Of a DNA stretch of 24,000 nucleotides, positions 1 through 7,386 are shown piece after piece; within the stretch, counting starts at the first letter, position 1, and every line of letters begins with the position of its first letter. Location of the stretch: positions 3,270,603 through 3,294,602 of the forward strand of contig NZ_CP079105.1 of NCBI RefSeq assembly GCF_019285775.1. The letters are read 5' to 3'. This DNA is from Skermania pinensis. GTDB lineage: Bacteria > Actinomycetota > Actinomycetes > Mycobacteriales > Mycobacteriaceae. The position numbers and the translations under genes were made by a program. The notes below the pieces were generated by a model, which was not told where the DNA came from, made no database searches, and worked only from the letters and a program-made list of their open reading frames with translations.

Positions 1-1
1 C

Positions 2-1009
2 CGGGGCAAGGCCGCCGCCTACGGGCTGACCGAGCAGGCGATCGCCGGTGCCGTCTCGGCGGCGATGACCCCGCGGAGCGTCTCGAAGGTGAGCATCGAC
101 GGGCAGCAGCTCGCGGTCTACCTCGGCGGTGACACCGTGACGTCCCGTCAAGACCTGACCACGCTGCCGCTGGTCGCAGGAGTACCCGGCTCGCCAGGGG
201 CCGTCACCGTGGGCGACGTCGCCGCCGTGGACGAGGTCTCCGGGCCGTCCAGCGTCGGACGCTCCGGCGTCGACCTGGTGGCCACGGTGTCGCTGACCCC
301 GGCAGACGGCGAGCTCGGCACCGTGCAGACCGAGGTCGAGAAGCGTCTGGACGCCCTGGATCTGCCCGACGGCGTCGAGGTCGGCATCGGTGGCGTCTCC
401 GAACAGCAGTCCGAGGCGTTCGGGCAGCTCGGGCTGGCGATGTTGGTCGCGGTCGGGCTGATCTTCGTGCTGCTGGTCGCGGTCCTGCGCTCGCTGGTGC
501 AGCCGTTCATCCTGATGCTCTCGATCCCGTTCGCGGCGATCGGTTCGCTCGGCCTGCTTTACCTCACCGGAACCGCGCTGGGTGTGGCCGCGCTGATCGG
601 GATGCTGATGCTGATCGGGATCGTGGTCACCAACGCGATCGTGCTGATGGACCTGATCAACCAGTACCGCCATCGCGGCCTCAGCGTCGCCGACGCAATC
701 ACCAAAGGCGCCGGCCGCCGGGTCCGCCCCGTGGTGATGACCGCCCTGGCGACCATCTTCGCGCTGATGCCGATGGCGATCGGGGTCACCGGCGGAAGCG
801 GGTTCATCTCCAAGGCGCTGGCCATCGTGGTCATCGGCGGCCTGATCTCCTCCACCGCGCTGACCCTGCTACTCGTCCCTGCCGTCTACCAGATCATCGA
901 GGGACGCCGCGAACGCCGCGCCACCCGGCGCCGACAGGCCGGCACACCCGCCGAAGCCGCGCGAACCACCGCCGCCGACGGGACGGTCGCCGTGGCAGGT
1001 CCCCGATAA
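2..1009 (+). CDS. Efflux RND transporter permease subunit (AcrB/HAE-type), C-terminal part; 5' end lies outside the window
   Basis: The frame is open from base 2 (RGKAAAYGLTEQAIAGAVSAAMTPRS...), so the ATG at 65 is internal. The C-terminal bundle of about 5 TM helices carries typical RND strings (LVQPFILMLSIPFAAIGSLGLLYLTG, IGIVVTNAIVLMDLINQYR, RVRPVVMTALATIFALMPMAIG). Stop at 1007-1009. Confidence 0.85.
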   Translation, partial: RGKAAAYGLTEQAIAGAVSAAMTPRSVSKVSIDGQQLAVYLGGDTVTSRQDLTTLPLVAGVPGSPGAVTVGDVAAVDEVSGPSSVGRSGVDLVATVSLTPADGELGTVQTEVEKRLDALDLPDGVEVGIGGVSEQQSEAFGQLGLAMLVAVGLIFVLLVAVLRSLVQPFILMLSIPFAAIGSLGLLYLTGTALGVAALIGMLMLIGIVVTNAIVLMDLINQYRHRGLSVADAITKGAGRRVRPVVMTALATIFALMPMAIGVTGGSGFISKALAIVVIGGLISSTALTLLLVPAVYQIIEGRRERRATRRRQAGTPAEAARTTAADGTVAVAGPR

Positions 1010-1336
1010 CCGGTCCACCCGTTCTGCCGGTTACGCGACGAGTCGTCGCTGCCGGCAACCGCGCCGGGGATCGGGCCCTCGTCCGCGCACTGAACAGCGC
1101 ACTGGTCAACCGGGTGGCGATCATCAACGTCCGTGTCGATGTCCGCGAATGGCTCGCAGGGCGAGCCGGAGCATTGCCTTGGAGGATCATCGCGCCGTCA
1201 CGCACAGCGTGAACCATGACACGGTCGAAGGCTGCCGACTGGACTCGGCGTCGATACGAGCGAGTCCGACCTACGAGAGGAGATGGCTTCGCACGGAACC
1301 GATCCGATCCGACAGCCCACGATCACTCCGGGTCGG

Positions 1337-1543
1337 TCAGCCGTTCGCTTCGCGGACGTCTTTTCCGTGCTCGGCGAACGCTCTGAAGTCCTCCATGTGC
1401 TGTCGGGACTGCTTGATGAAGGAACCACGCATGAGCGGAGCCACCAACCGCATCAGGCCGGTGAATCGGTACTCGTTCTCGCTTACCCAGAGCGTGCTCT
1501 CCGGACCGGCCTCGGTCAGATGCTCGCGCGCGGCGTTCCACAT
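1337..1543 (-). CDS. SRPBCC (polyketide cyclase/START-like) C-terminal fragment; probably a truncated gene remnant
   Basis: The 68-aa ORF ends ...RFTGLMRLVAPLMRGSFIKQSRQHMEDFRAFAEHG, resembling the C-terminal helix of SRPBCC proteins. The frame stays open and protein-like upstream (..DVPSDSGIHYEREIVANG-M..) back to a stop at 1676-1678. There is no ATG, GTG or TTG start in that stretch. At most about 113 codons remain of a family that is normally about 140-160 aa. Confidence 0.35.
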   Translation of the reverse strand: MWNAAREHLTEAGPESTLWVSENEYRFTGLMRLVAPLMRGSFIKQSRQHMEDFRAFAEHGKDVREANG

Positions 1544-1622
1544 GCCGTTTGCGACAATCTCACGCTCGTAATGGATACCGCTATCTGACGGGACATCGTG
1601 CAGGTTGGTCGGTGGGATCGGG

Positions 1623-2071
1623 TCAGTGCCGGTCGGCGTCGATGTCGCGGACGTGAGTGCGAACGAAGGCTTCGATCAAGTCGTCGGGAAGCGGGTTCTC
1701 CAACGTGAACTGGATCCCGTGCTCGGTGGTCTTGTAACCCGCCAATCGATCCCGCAACTCATCAATGGCCCACGACGAGGGATAGAACGTCATGTGCTTC
1801 TTGGAAGCGGTGAAGTACACCAGCGTACGACCCTTGTACTTCAGCGTGGGCATGCGGTAACTGATAGTTTCCTCGACGCTACTCGACGCTACTCGACGCT
1901 ACTCGACGCTGCTTTGCCGGCCATTGCTCGTCCTTTTCGGATGTCGGAAAGTCGGCGCTCGTGAGCCTGCCCGCGTCGAGCATCGAGAGTGGTCAGCCCA
2001 GGGTCAACGTTATCGACCCGGGACTGCTGAGCCGACCTCTCCCCGATGACCTCGACGACGTTTCCACGCAT
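1623..2071 (-). pseudogene. DUF1801 (YdhG-like) domain protein gene, interrupted by a premature TAG generated inside a 10-bp tandem repeat
   Basis: The downstream piece (1623-1853) reads MPTLKYKGRTLVYFTASKKHMTFYPS..., the DUF1801 core. The in-frame residues just upstream read EETISYR, matching the family motif (E-x-ISY-x-MPTF). The upstream piece (ATG at 2069-2071) ends ...ERRLSDIRKGRAMAGKAASSSVE then TAG at 1889-1891. The two pieces are in different frames and are joined by the repeat at 1871-1910. Confidence 0.55.
1871..1910. repeat. Perfect head-to-tail tandem repeat, 10-bp unit x4 (plus strand ACTCGACGCT; first copy starts with C)
   Basis: Read directly: cctcgacgct actcgacgct actcgacgct actcgacgct. 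The unit length is not a multiple of 3. Confidence 0.95.
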
Positions 2072-2123
2072 GGACGTCGGGGCACGAGCCGCGCGCGGTT
2101 CCACTGCGCACGAGCAACGGCAA

Positions 2124-2153
2124 AGGCACCTTCTACTTTCGTAGAAGGTGCCT
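2124..2153 (-). terminator. Perfect 13-bp stem / 4-nt loop hairpin immediately downstream of tRNA-Ala
   Basis: aggcaccttctac-tttc-gtagaaggtgcct. It lies 20 nt past the tRNA 3' end on the minus strand. The minus-strand transcript would end ...GGUGCCUUUG. It could also act on plus-strand readthrough. Confidence 0.5.
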
Positions 2154-2172
2154 CTGACCTGCAATTTTCCTG

Positions 2173-2245
2173 TGGAGCTGAGGGGAATCGAACCCCTGAC
2201 CTCTTCGATGCGAACGAAGCGCGCTACCAACTGCGCTACAGCCCC
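2173..2245 (-). tRNA. tRNA-Ala, anticodon CGC
   Basis: The minus-strand 73-nt sequence ggggctgtagcgcagttggtagcgcgcttcgttcgcatcgaagaggtcaggggttcgattcccctcagctcca folds into a full cloverleaf: 7-bp acceptor, GCGC/GCGC D stem, CTTCG/CGAAG anticodon stem, AGGGG/CCCCT T stem with a TTCGATT loop. The anticodon loop is TT-CGC-AT. The G3:U70 alanine identity pair is present. CCA is not encoded. Confidence 0.95.
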
Positions 2246-2323
2246 AACGCGACCCCTGCGGACCGCGCTGCGCAACTCTAGCAGGACCGGCGGGCCGGGG
2301 CCGAATCCGGTCCGGCACCGCAG

Positions 2324-3115
2324 CTACTGCCCGGCGGCGTGCCGCAACTCCCCGGGATACAACTCGTCGACCGCGATGTCGCCGCCTTCGTAGTACGTCG
2401 GCAACAGATCGAACGACGGGTCGCCGTCATCGGGATCGAGGACCGGAGCGGTGCAGCGCAACGCACCCAGAGACGCCGCATCGGTCGCCTCGTCCATCAT
2501 CTCCGAGTCGCCACGGGCGATCGCTGCTGCGGCCCGCAGCCGCTTGACCCGCGCCATCCGGCGGCGCCGGATCTCCGCCTCCAGCCGGACCTGTCGTCGC
2601 AGATAGACCAGGTACACCACGGTCACCGTCGCGGCCGCGCCGGTCACCCACCAGAGTCCGGCGCCGAAGATGAGCCCCAGCAGACCCGACAGCACCATGG
2701 TGACCAGCAAGATCAGCACCGCTTGTTGACGGAACCGATAGCGTTCGGCCCGCGCGATCGCGTCCGCACGCGGATCGAAACCTCCACGCCCCCGGCGCGA
2801 CGGGACGAAATCATCCACCGGCTGCCGCCGCGCCGGCGCTTCGTCCTCGTGGATCTCCATTCGGTCCTCCGCATAGCTCGAGCTGACCCGTACCGCCCGT
2901 GGATCCGGCCGCCACGTCGGATCGCTTTCGTGTCCGGCAGCCGGACCACGCACCACCCGGGCGGGCGTGCCACCCCGATGCAATACCCGAGTAGCGAGCG
3001 CTGCATCGGTAGTCTGCCGAATCCGAGGGTGCCGAGAAGCTATCAGCGGAAAAAGTACGAACAGCGACAGCGCCACCAGACCGATCCACAGGATGGAATT
3101 CGGCACCGGCGTCAC
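2324..3115 (-). CDS. sepX: Divisome membrane protein of the SepX/GlpR type (M. tuberculosis Rv0996-like)
   Basis: N-terminal TM helix (ILWIGLVALSLFVLFPLI), a central pair of TM helices (AVLILLVTMVLSGLLGLIFGAGLWWVTGAAATVTVVYLVYL), an Arg-rich helix (RRQVRLEAEIRRRRMARVKRLR) and an acidic C-terminus. It sits next to rimJ-moeA-galU, as in the conserved Corynebacteriales cluster. The track start at 3115 is a GTG directly abutting GGGAGG. The GTG at 3106 has better spacing and may be the true start. Confidence 0.6.
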   Translation of the reverse strand: MTPVPNSILWIGLVALSLFVLFPLIASRHPRIRQTTDAALATRVLHRGGTPARVVRGPAAGHESDPTWRPDPRAVRVSSSYAEDRMEIHEDEAPARRQPVDDFVPSRRGRGGFDPRADAIARAERYRFRQQAVLILLVTMVLSGLLGLIFGAGLWWVTGAAATVTVVYLVYLRRQVRLEAEIRRRRMARVKRLRAAAAIARGDSEMMDEATDAASLGALRCTAPVLDPDDGDPSFDLLPTYYEGGDIAVDELYPGELRHAAGQ

Positions 3116-3168
3116 CTCCCTGCCCCGACCCGCTCATCGCGCAACACCCCGACACCCGCTCAGGCTAA

Positions 3169-3204
3169 GTCGACGCGCCGACGAGGAGCTGCAGGCGCGC
3201 CGAC
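3169..3204 (-). terminator. Candidate terminator hairpin after rimJ
   Basis: gtcgacgcgcc ... ggcgcgccgac: 11-nt arms with one mismatch and a 14-nt loop, 55 nt downstream of the rimJ stop. No U-tract, which is common in actinobacteria. Confidence 0.25.
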
Positions 3205-3258
3205 ATCAATTAACAACTTTCACACTCGTCACACGAGCACTTCGGTTTCGCGGTGACG

Positions 3259-3912
3259 TCACGCCCAGTCGGCGCGTCCGGCCCGAACCAGCCGCTGGGC
3301 GAGCGTGCCGTCGACCTCGTCGGCGGTCATCGCGACCAGTAGATGGTCTCGCCACGCCCCGTCGACATCCAGGTACCGCTGCAGCAACCCCTCGTTCCGG
3401 AAGCCGACGTTGCGCAGCACGGCCTGACTCGCCAGATTCTCCGGGCGCACCGTGGCCTCCACCCGATGCAGGCCGAGCCGACCGAAACAGTGGTCCATAC
3501 CCAGCGCGAGCGCCGCGGTCGCCACCCCCTGATTGCCCACGTCCCGCGCCACCCAGTACCCGATCCACGCCGAGAGCAGCGCACCTCGAACGATGTTTCC
3601 GACCGTCAGCTGGCCACAGAAGGTGCCGTCCAGTTCGATCGCCATCGGCACCATGTGCCCCCGGCGCGCTTCCGCCCGCAGACTCGACCACAGCGCGGGC
3701 CAGTTCGACACCTGATGCCGGGCTTCCCAGGACGCGCGTCCGGTCGGCTCCCAGCGTTCCAGGTGATCCCGGTCACGCAGTCGAAGCCGGCTCCACGCCG
3801 AGCCGTCCCGCAACCGGATCGACCGCACCCGCACCAGGCCGCCCTTGACCCGCAGTGGACCGGCATGCGCCGGCCAGCCGGGATGAGCGGCCCGCCCCAG
3901 AAGAACCGACAC
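3259..3912 (-). CDS. rimJ: GNAT-family N-acetyltransferase, RimJ-like (ribosomal-protein-alanine acetyltransferase family)
   Basis: Motifs RLRDRDHLERWEPT, GQLTVGNIVRGALLSAWIGYWV, GVATAALALGMDHCFGRLGLHRVEATVRPEN and SQAVLRNVGFRNEGLLQRYLDVDGAWRDH match the RimJ/RimL GNAT signature. GTG start, 6 nt after the moeA stop. Position matches Rv0995 synteny. Confidence 0.85.
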   Translation of the reverse strand: MSVLLGRAAHPGWPAHAGPLRVKGGLVRVRSIRLRDGSAWSRLRLRDRDHLERWEPTGRASWEARHQVSNWPALWSSLRAEARRGHMVPMAIELDGTFCGQLTVGNIVRGALLSAWIGYWVARDVGNQGVATAALALGMDHCFGRLGLHRVEATVRPENLASQAVLRNVGFRNEGLLQRYLDVDGAWRDHLLVAMTADEVDGTLAQRLVRAGRADWA

Positions 3913-3918
3913 CCGGAT

Positions 3919-5184
3919 TCAGCTCCGCTGCGCCAGGAACGCGACATCCACGTAGTCGCCGGTACCGATCATCGTCACCTCGGGCTCCACCACCACCAGA
4001 CTGTTCGCTTCCGCCAGCGATGCCAGCAGGCGCGGCGACGCACCGGGCGTGCCGAGCACCCGCACCAGATAGTCGCCGGACGGCTCGTCCCGCATCAGCT
4101 GCGCCCGAAGATAGCCGGTCCGATCCTGCACCGAGCCGATCGGTGCCACCGTCCGAGCCCGAACCATCCGGCGCATCGCCTGCCGCCGCCCCAGCGCGAT
4201 CCGGATCAGCGGTCGCACCATCACCTCGAACACGACCAAGGCGCTGACCGGGTTCGACGGCAACAGAAAAGTCGGCACCCGGTCGGCACCCAACCGGCCG
4301 AAACCCTGTACCGAACCCGGGTGCATCGCCACCCGATCCACGTCGAGCTCACCGAGGTCGGCCAGCGCTTCCCGGATCTGATCCGACGCCCCGCCACCGA
4401 GCGCGCCGGTGATCACGACGATCTCCGAGCGGCTCAACTGGCCCTCGACGATCTCGCGCAGGCGCACCGGATCGGCCGGCGCGATGCCGACTCGGTCCAC
4501 GTCGGCGCCGGCGTCCCGCGCGGCCGCGGCAAGCCCGTAGGAGTTGACATCGCAGATCTGGCCGACCCCGGGTAGGCGATCGATGTCGACCAGCTCGTCA
4601 CCGACCGAGATCACCGACACCCGCGGGCGTGGATGCACCAACACCTTGCTCTGCCCGACCGCCGCAAGCAGTCCAACCTGCGCCGATCCGATGATCGTCC
4701 CGGCCCGTACGGCGACGTCGCCGGGCGCCACATCGGCGCCCACACCCCGGACATAATCGCCCGAACGGACCGGCCGGCGGACCACGATCCGGGCTCGGCC
4801 ACCGTCGGTATGTTCCAGCGGCAGCACCGCATCCGCCAAGGTCGGCAACGGGGCGCCGGTATCCACCCGGACGGTCTGGCGCGGCTGCAGCCGAACCGGC
4901 TGTCGCGATCCGGCGCTCAACTCGCCGACCACCGGCAGCACCAATTGGTGCGCTGCACCGTCCGGCCCCGAACCGGAACCGACCGCCCCGATCGCGGCCG
5001 TCACGTCCACGCTGCGTACCGCATAGCCGTCGATCGCCGCCTGGTCGAAACCCGGCAGCGGGCGCTGCGAAACGACGTCCTCGGCACAGAGCAAACCCAG
5101 CGCTTCGGCAATTGCGACGCGCACCGGCTCCGGCGCAACGGCAGCGGTGGTCACCTTTCCCAGCTGCTCCTCGACCGAACGCAT
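3919..5184 (-). CDS. moeA: Molybdopterin molybdotransferase MoeA (gephyrin E-domain homologue; Glp-type by context)
   Basis: MRSVEEQL..., PLPGFDQAAIDGYAVRSVDV, ISVGDELV, DVNSYGLAAAARDAGA, VITGALGGGASD, VAMHPGSVQGFG and TFLLPSNPVSALVVFEVMVRPLI are classic MoeA motifs. The track start is a GTG at 5190. The ATG at 5184 gives the MRSVEE N-terminus typical of mycobacterial MoeA1. Confidence 0.9.
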   Translation of the reverse strand: MRSVEEQLGKVTTAAVAPEPVRVAIAEALGLLCAEDVVSQRPLPGFDQAAIDGYAVRSVDVTAAIGAVGSGSGPDGAAHQLVLPVVGELSAGSRQPVRLQPRQTVRVDTGAPLPTLADAVLPLEHTDGGRARIVVRRPVRSGDYVRGVGADVAPGDVAVRAGTIIGSAQVGLLAAVGQSKVLVHPRPRVSVISVGDELVDIDRLPGVGQICDVNSYGLAAAARDAGADVDRVGIAPADPVRLREIVEGQLSRSEIVVITGALGGGASDQIREALADLGELDVDRVAMHPGSVQGFGRLGADRVPTFLLPSNPVSALVVFEVMVRPLIRIALGRRQAMRRMVRARTVAPIGSVQDRTGYLRAQLMRDEPSGDYLVRVLGTPGASPRLLASLAEANSLVVVEPEVTMIGTGDYVDVAFLAQRS

Positions 5185-5217
5185 CGTCACCTGTCCCGTC
5201 GTCGAATACCCCTGGTC

Positions 5218-6153
5218 CTACTCGTATTGGGTGAGCTGCGGCGCCCAATCGGGGCCGAGTCGCTCCTCCAGCCAGCCGCGTAACGACGGGCCGTACTCCT
5301 CGCTGTCCAACGCGAAGTCGACCGCAGCACGCAGGTAGCCGCCCGGATTGCCCAGATCGTGTCGCGATCCCCGGTGCACGACCACGTGCACCGGATGCCC
5401 CTCGGCGATCAGGCAGGCGATCGCGTCGGTGAGCTGCAGCTCGCCACCCGATCCCGGAGTGATCCGGCGCAGCGCGTCGAAGATCACCCGATCCAGCAGA
5501 TACCGGCCCGCCGCGGCGAACCGCGAGGGCGCTTCCTCGGCCGCCGGCTTCTCCACCATGCCGTTGACCTTCAACACGTTCGGATTGACCGCATCCGGTA
5601 CCCGTTCGACGTCGAAGACGCCGTAAGCGCTTACCTGCTCCTGCGGTACCTCGATCGCGCACAACACCGAACCACCGCGTTTACGGCGCACCCGACACAT
5701 GACGTCGAGCACCCCACGGGGTAACACAAGATCGTCCGGCAATAGTACAGCTATTGCATCCTCGTCGTCATCGAGTACGGCTTCCGCCTGCAATACCGCA
5801 TGACCGAGGCCGAGCGGCTGGTCCTGCACCACGGAGGTCACATCGATCAGTGCGGGGGCCTTACGCACCTTCTCCAGCAACTTGAACTTGCCCCGCTCCT
5901 CCAGCTTGCTCTCCAGCACCAGATCCTCGACGAAGTGCGCGACGACGCCGTCCTTGCCCGGCGAGGTGACGATCACCAACCGAGTGGCACCGGAGTCGGC
6001 TGCCTCGCCGGCGACCAGCTCGATGCCCGGCGTATCGACCACCGGTAGCAATTCCTTGGGCACCGTCTTGGTCGCCGGCAGAAACCGCGTCCCCAAGCCG
6101 GCAGCCGGAACGACAGCGGTACGAAAGCAGACCGAACCCTGGGGCTGTGTCAT
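5218..6153 (-). CDS. galU: UTP--glucose-1-phosphate uridylyltransferase GalU
   Basis: TAVVPAAGLGTRFLPATKTVPKELLPVVDTPGIELV is the GalU nucleotide-binding signature. Also VQDQPLGLGHAV and VEKPAAEEAPSRFAAAGRYLL. ATG start at 6153. Confidence 0.92.
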   Translation of the reverse strand: MTQPQGSVCFRTAVVPAAGLGTRFLPATKTVPKELLPVVDTPGIELVAGEAADSGATRLVIVTSPGKDGVVAHFVEDLVLESKLEERGKFKLLEKVRKAPALIDVTSVVQDQPLGLGHAVLQAEAVLDDDEDAIAVLLPDDLVLPRGVLDVMCRVRRKRGGSVLCAIEVPQEQVSAYGVFDVERVPDAVNPNVLKVNGMVEKPAAEEAPSRFAAAGRYLLDRVIFDALRRITPGSGGELQLTDAIACLIAEGHPVHVVVHRGSRHDLGNPGGYLRAAVDFALDSEEYGPSLRGWLEERLGPDWAPQLTQYE

Positions 6154-6219
6154 ACGGATACCTTATCGATCTGCCGGACAATTCCGGGTCACGCGGTACG
6201 TCTCGCGCCGAAACCTAGA

Positions 6220-6819
6220 GTGGAAGTCGTGACCGGCACCGATGAACCGTCCGCCAAACAGCTTTGGCGGGAGCAGATCATTACTGCGCGTCGCTGTAGC
6301 ACCGATGCCGAACACGCCATCGAAGCCGGTCTGCTGGCGGTGGCCGCGAGCGCGCTGGTCACCGCCGGATCGAACGTCTGCGCCTACGTTCCGATCGGCC
6401 GCGAGCCCGGCTTGCCGACACTGCTCGACGCACTGCGCGACGCCGGCGCGCAGGTCCTGCTTCCGGTCACCGGCCGACCGGGCCCGTTGACCTGGAGCAC
6501 CTACCTCGACCCGGACCACCTCGTCCGCACCGACCGCGGACTGTACGAACCGACCGGCCCGCGGCTGGCTGCGACGGCGATCCGGACCGCCGAGCTGATC
6601 CTGGTTCCGGCGCTCGCCGCCGACCGGCGTGGCGTGCGACTCGGTCGCGGCGCCGGGTATTACGACCGGTCCCTGCCACTCGCCGATCCGGCCGCACGGA
6701 TCGTTGCCGTGGTTCGCGACGACGAGCTGGTACCCGAGTTGCCCGCAGACCCCCACGATCGACGAGTCGGTTGGGCACTGTGCCCGCACGCCGGAGCGGT
6801 CCGGCTCGACCACCGGTGA
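6220..6819 (+). CDS. 5-formyltetrahydrofolate cyclo-ligase (MTHFS)
   Basis: KQLWREQIITARR..., VCAYVPIGREPG, LLPV and ILVPALAADRRGVRLGRGAGYYDRSL match the 5-FCL family. It is divergent from galU, as for Rv0992c/Rv0993. The GTG at 6220 or the GTG at 6229 could be the start. Confidence 0.85.
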   Translation: MEVVTGTDEPSAKQLWREQIITARRCSTDAEHAIEAGLLAVAASALVTAGSNVCAYVPIGREPGLPTLLDALRDAGAQVLLPVTGRPGPLTWSTYLDPDHLVRTDRGLYEPTGPRLAATAIRTAELILVPALAADRRGVRLGRGAGYYDRSLPLADPAARIVAVVRDDELVPELPADPHDRRVGWALCPHAGAVRLDHR

Positions 6820-6904
6820 GCTGGACCGGAACAAGACGACGATTCGCGGCGTTGGCACTGTCGATTGTAGAGTGCCAGTAGCCATCATCCCGCCGGAGGT
6901 TCCA

Positions 6905-7300
6905 GTGCCCACCTATTCGTACGCGTGTACGCAGTGCGACAACCGGTTCGACGTCACGCAGGCCTTCACCGACGACGCCCTGACCGTCTGCCCGGAGTGC
7001 TCCGGCCGACTGCGCAAACTGTTCAACTCGGTGGGAATCGTTTTCAAGGGCAGCGGCTTCTACCGCACCGACAGCCGCGGCGGAACCAACGGCACCGAAT
7101 CGGCCAAGTCGGACGCCGACAAGTCCGGCTCGAACGCGTCCGAATCGGGCAAGCCCGACTCCGGCAAGTCGGGTGCCGGCAAGTCCGACTCGAGCAAGTC
7201 GGCCGCCGGCGAAACGAGCACCGGCGGGGGCAAATCCGGGAAGAGCGAGTCCAAGGGATCGGTGGCGAGCGCGCCGTCGGTGCCCGCCAAGACCGGCTGA
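6905..7300 (+). CDS. FmdB/CxxC_CxxC_SSSS family zinc-ribbon protein with a long Ser/Lys/Gly-rich tail
   Basis: GTG at 6905 is preceded by GGAGG (6894-6898). The N-terminus (V)PTYSYACTQCDNRFDVTQAFTDDALTVCPECSGRLRKLFNSVGIVFKGSGFYRTDSR is the canonical FmdB zinc ribbon (CxxC...CxxC). The rest is low-complexity (KSDADKSGSNASESGKPDSGKSGAGKSDSSKS...). The track ORF from 6629 is an unsupported upstream extension. Confidence 0.85.
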   Translation: MPTYSYACTQCDNRFDVTQAFTDDALTVCPECSGRLRKLFNSVGIVFKGSGFYRTDSRGGTNGTESAKSDADKSGSNASESGKPDSGKSGAGKSDSSKSAAGETSTGGGKSGKSESKGSVASAPSVPAKTG

Positions 7301-7304
7301 AACT

Positions 7305-7338
7305 CGGCTGTGGATCGCCGCCGGGTATTCCACAGCCG
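7305..7338 (+). terminator. Candidate hairpin after the FmdB gene
   Basis: cggctgtgg ...16 nt... ccacagccg: a 9-bp perfect stem starting 5 nt after the stop codon. The large loop and absence of a U-tract make function uncertain. Confidence 0.25.
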
Positions 7339-7386
7339 GGCGTCGAGACGCGATCCGCTGTGGGTGCCGGGTCCTAACGTCGACCC

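Noticed and set aside
1149-1588. Plus-strand ORFs 1149-1571 and 1283-1588 in the region after the RND gene
   Set aside because: They are antisense to the SRPBCC-like fragment, have no motifs, and are rich in Arg and Ser.
2133-2393. Short ORFs overlapping the tRNA-Ala gene (2133-2318 -, 2148-2393 +, 1961-2281 +)
   Set aside because: The interval is fully explained by a canonical tRNA cloverleaf plus its terminator hairpin. Only the 1889-2071 part of the 1889-2275 ORF was reused, as the 5' half of the DUF1801 pseudogene.
3343-5662. ORFs 3343-4575 (+, 410 aa) and 4598-5662 (-, 354 aa)
   Set aside because: Both overlap rimJ, moeA or galU in the wrong frame or strand, and their translations are Arg/Gly/Pro-rich without motifs.
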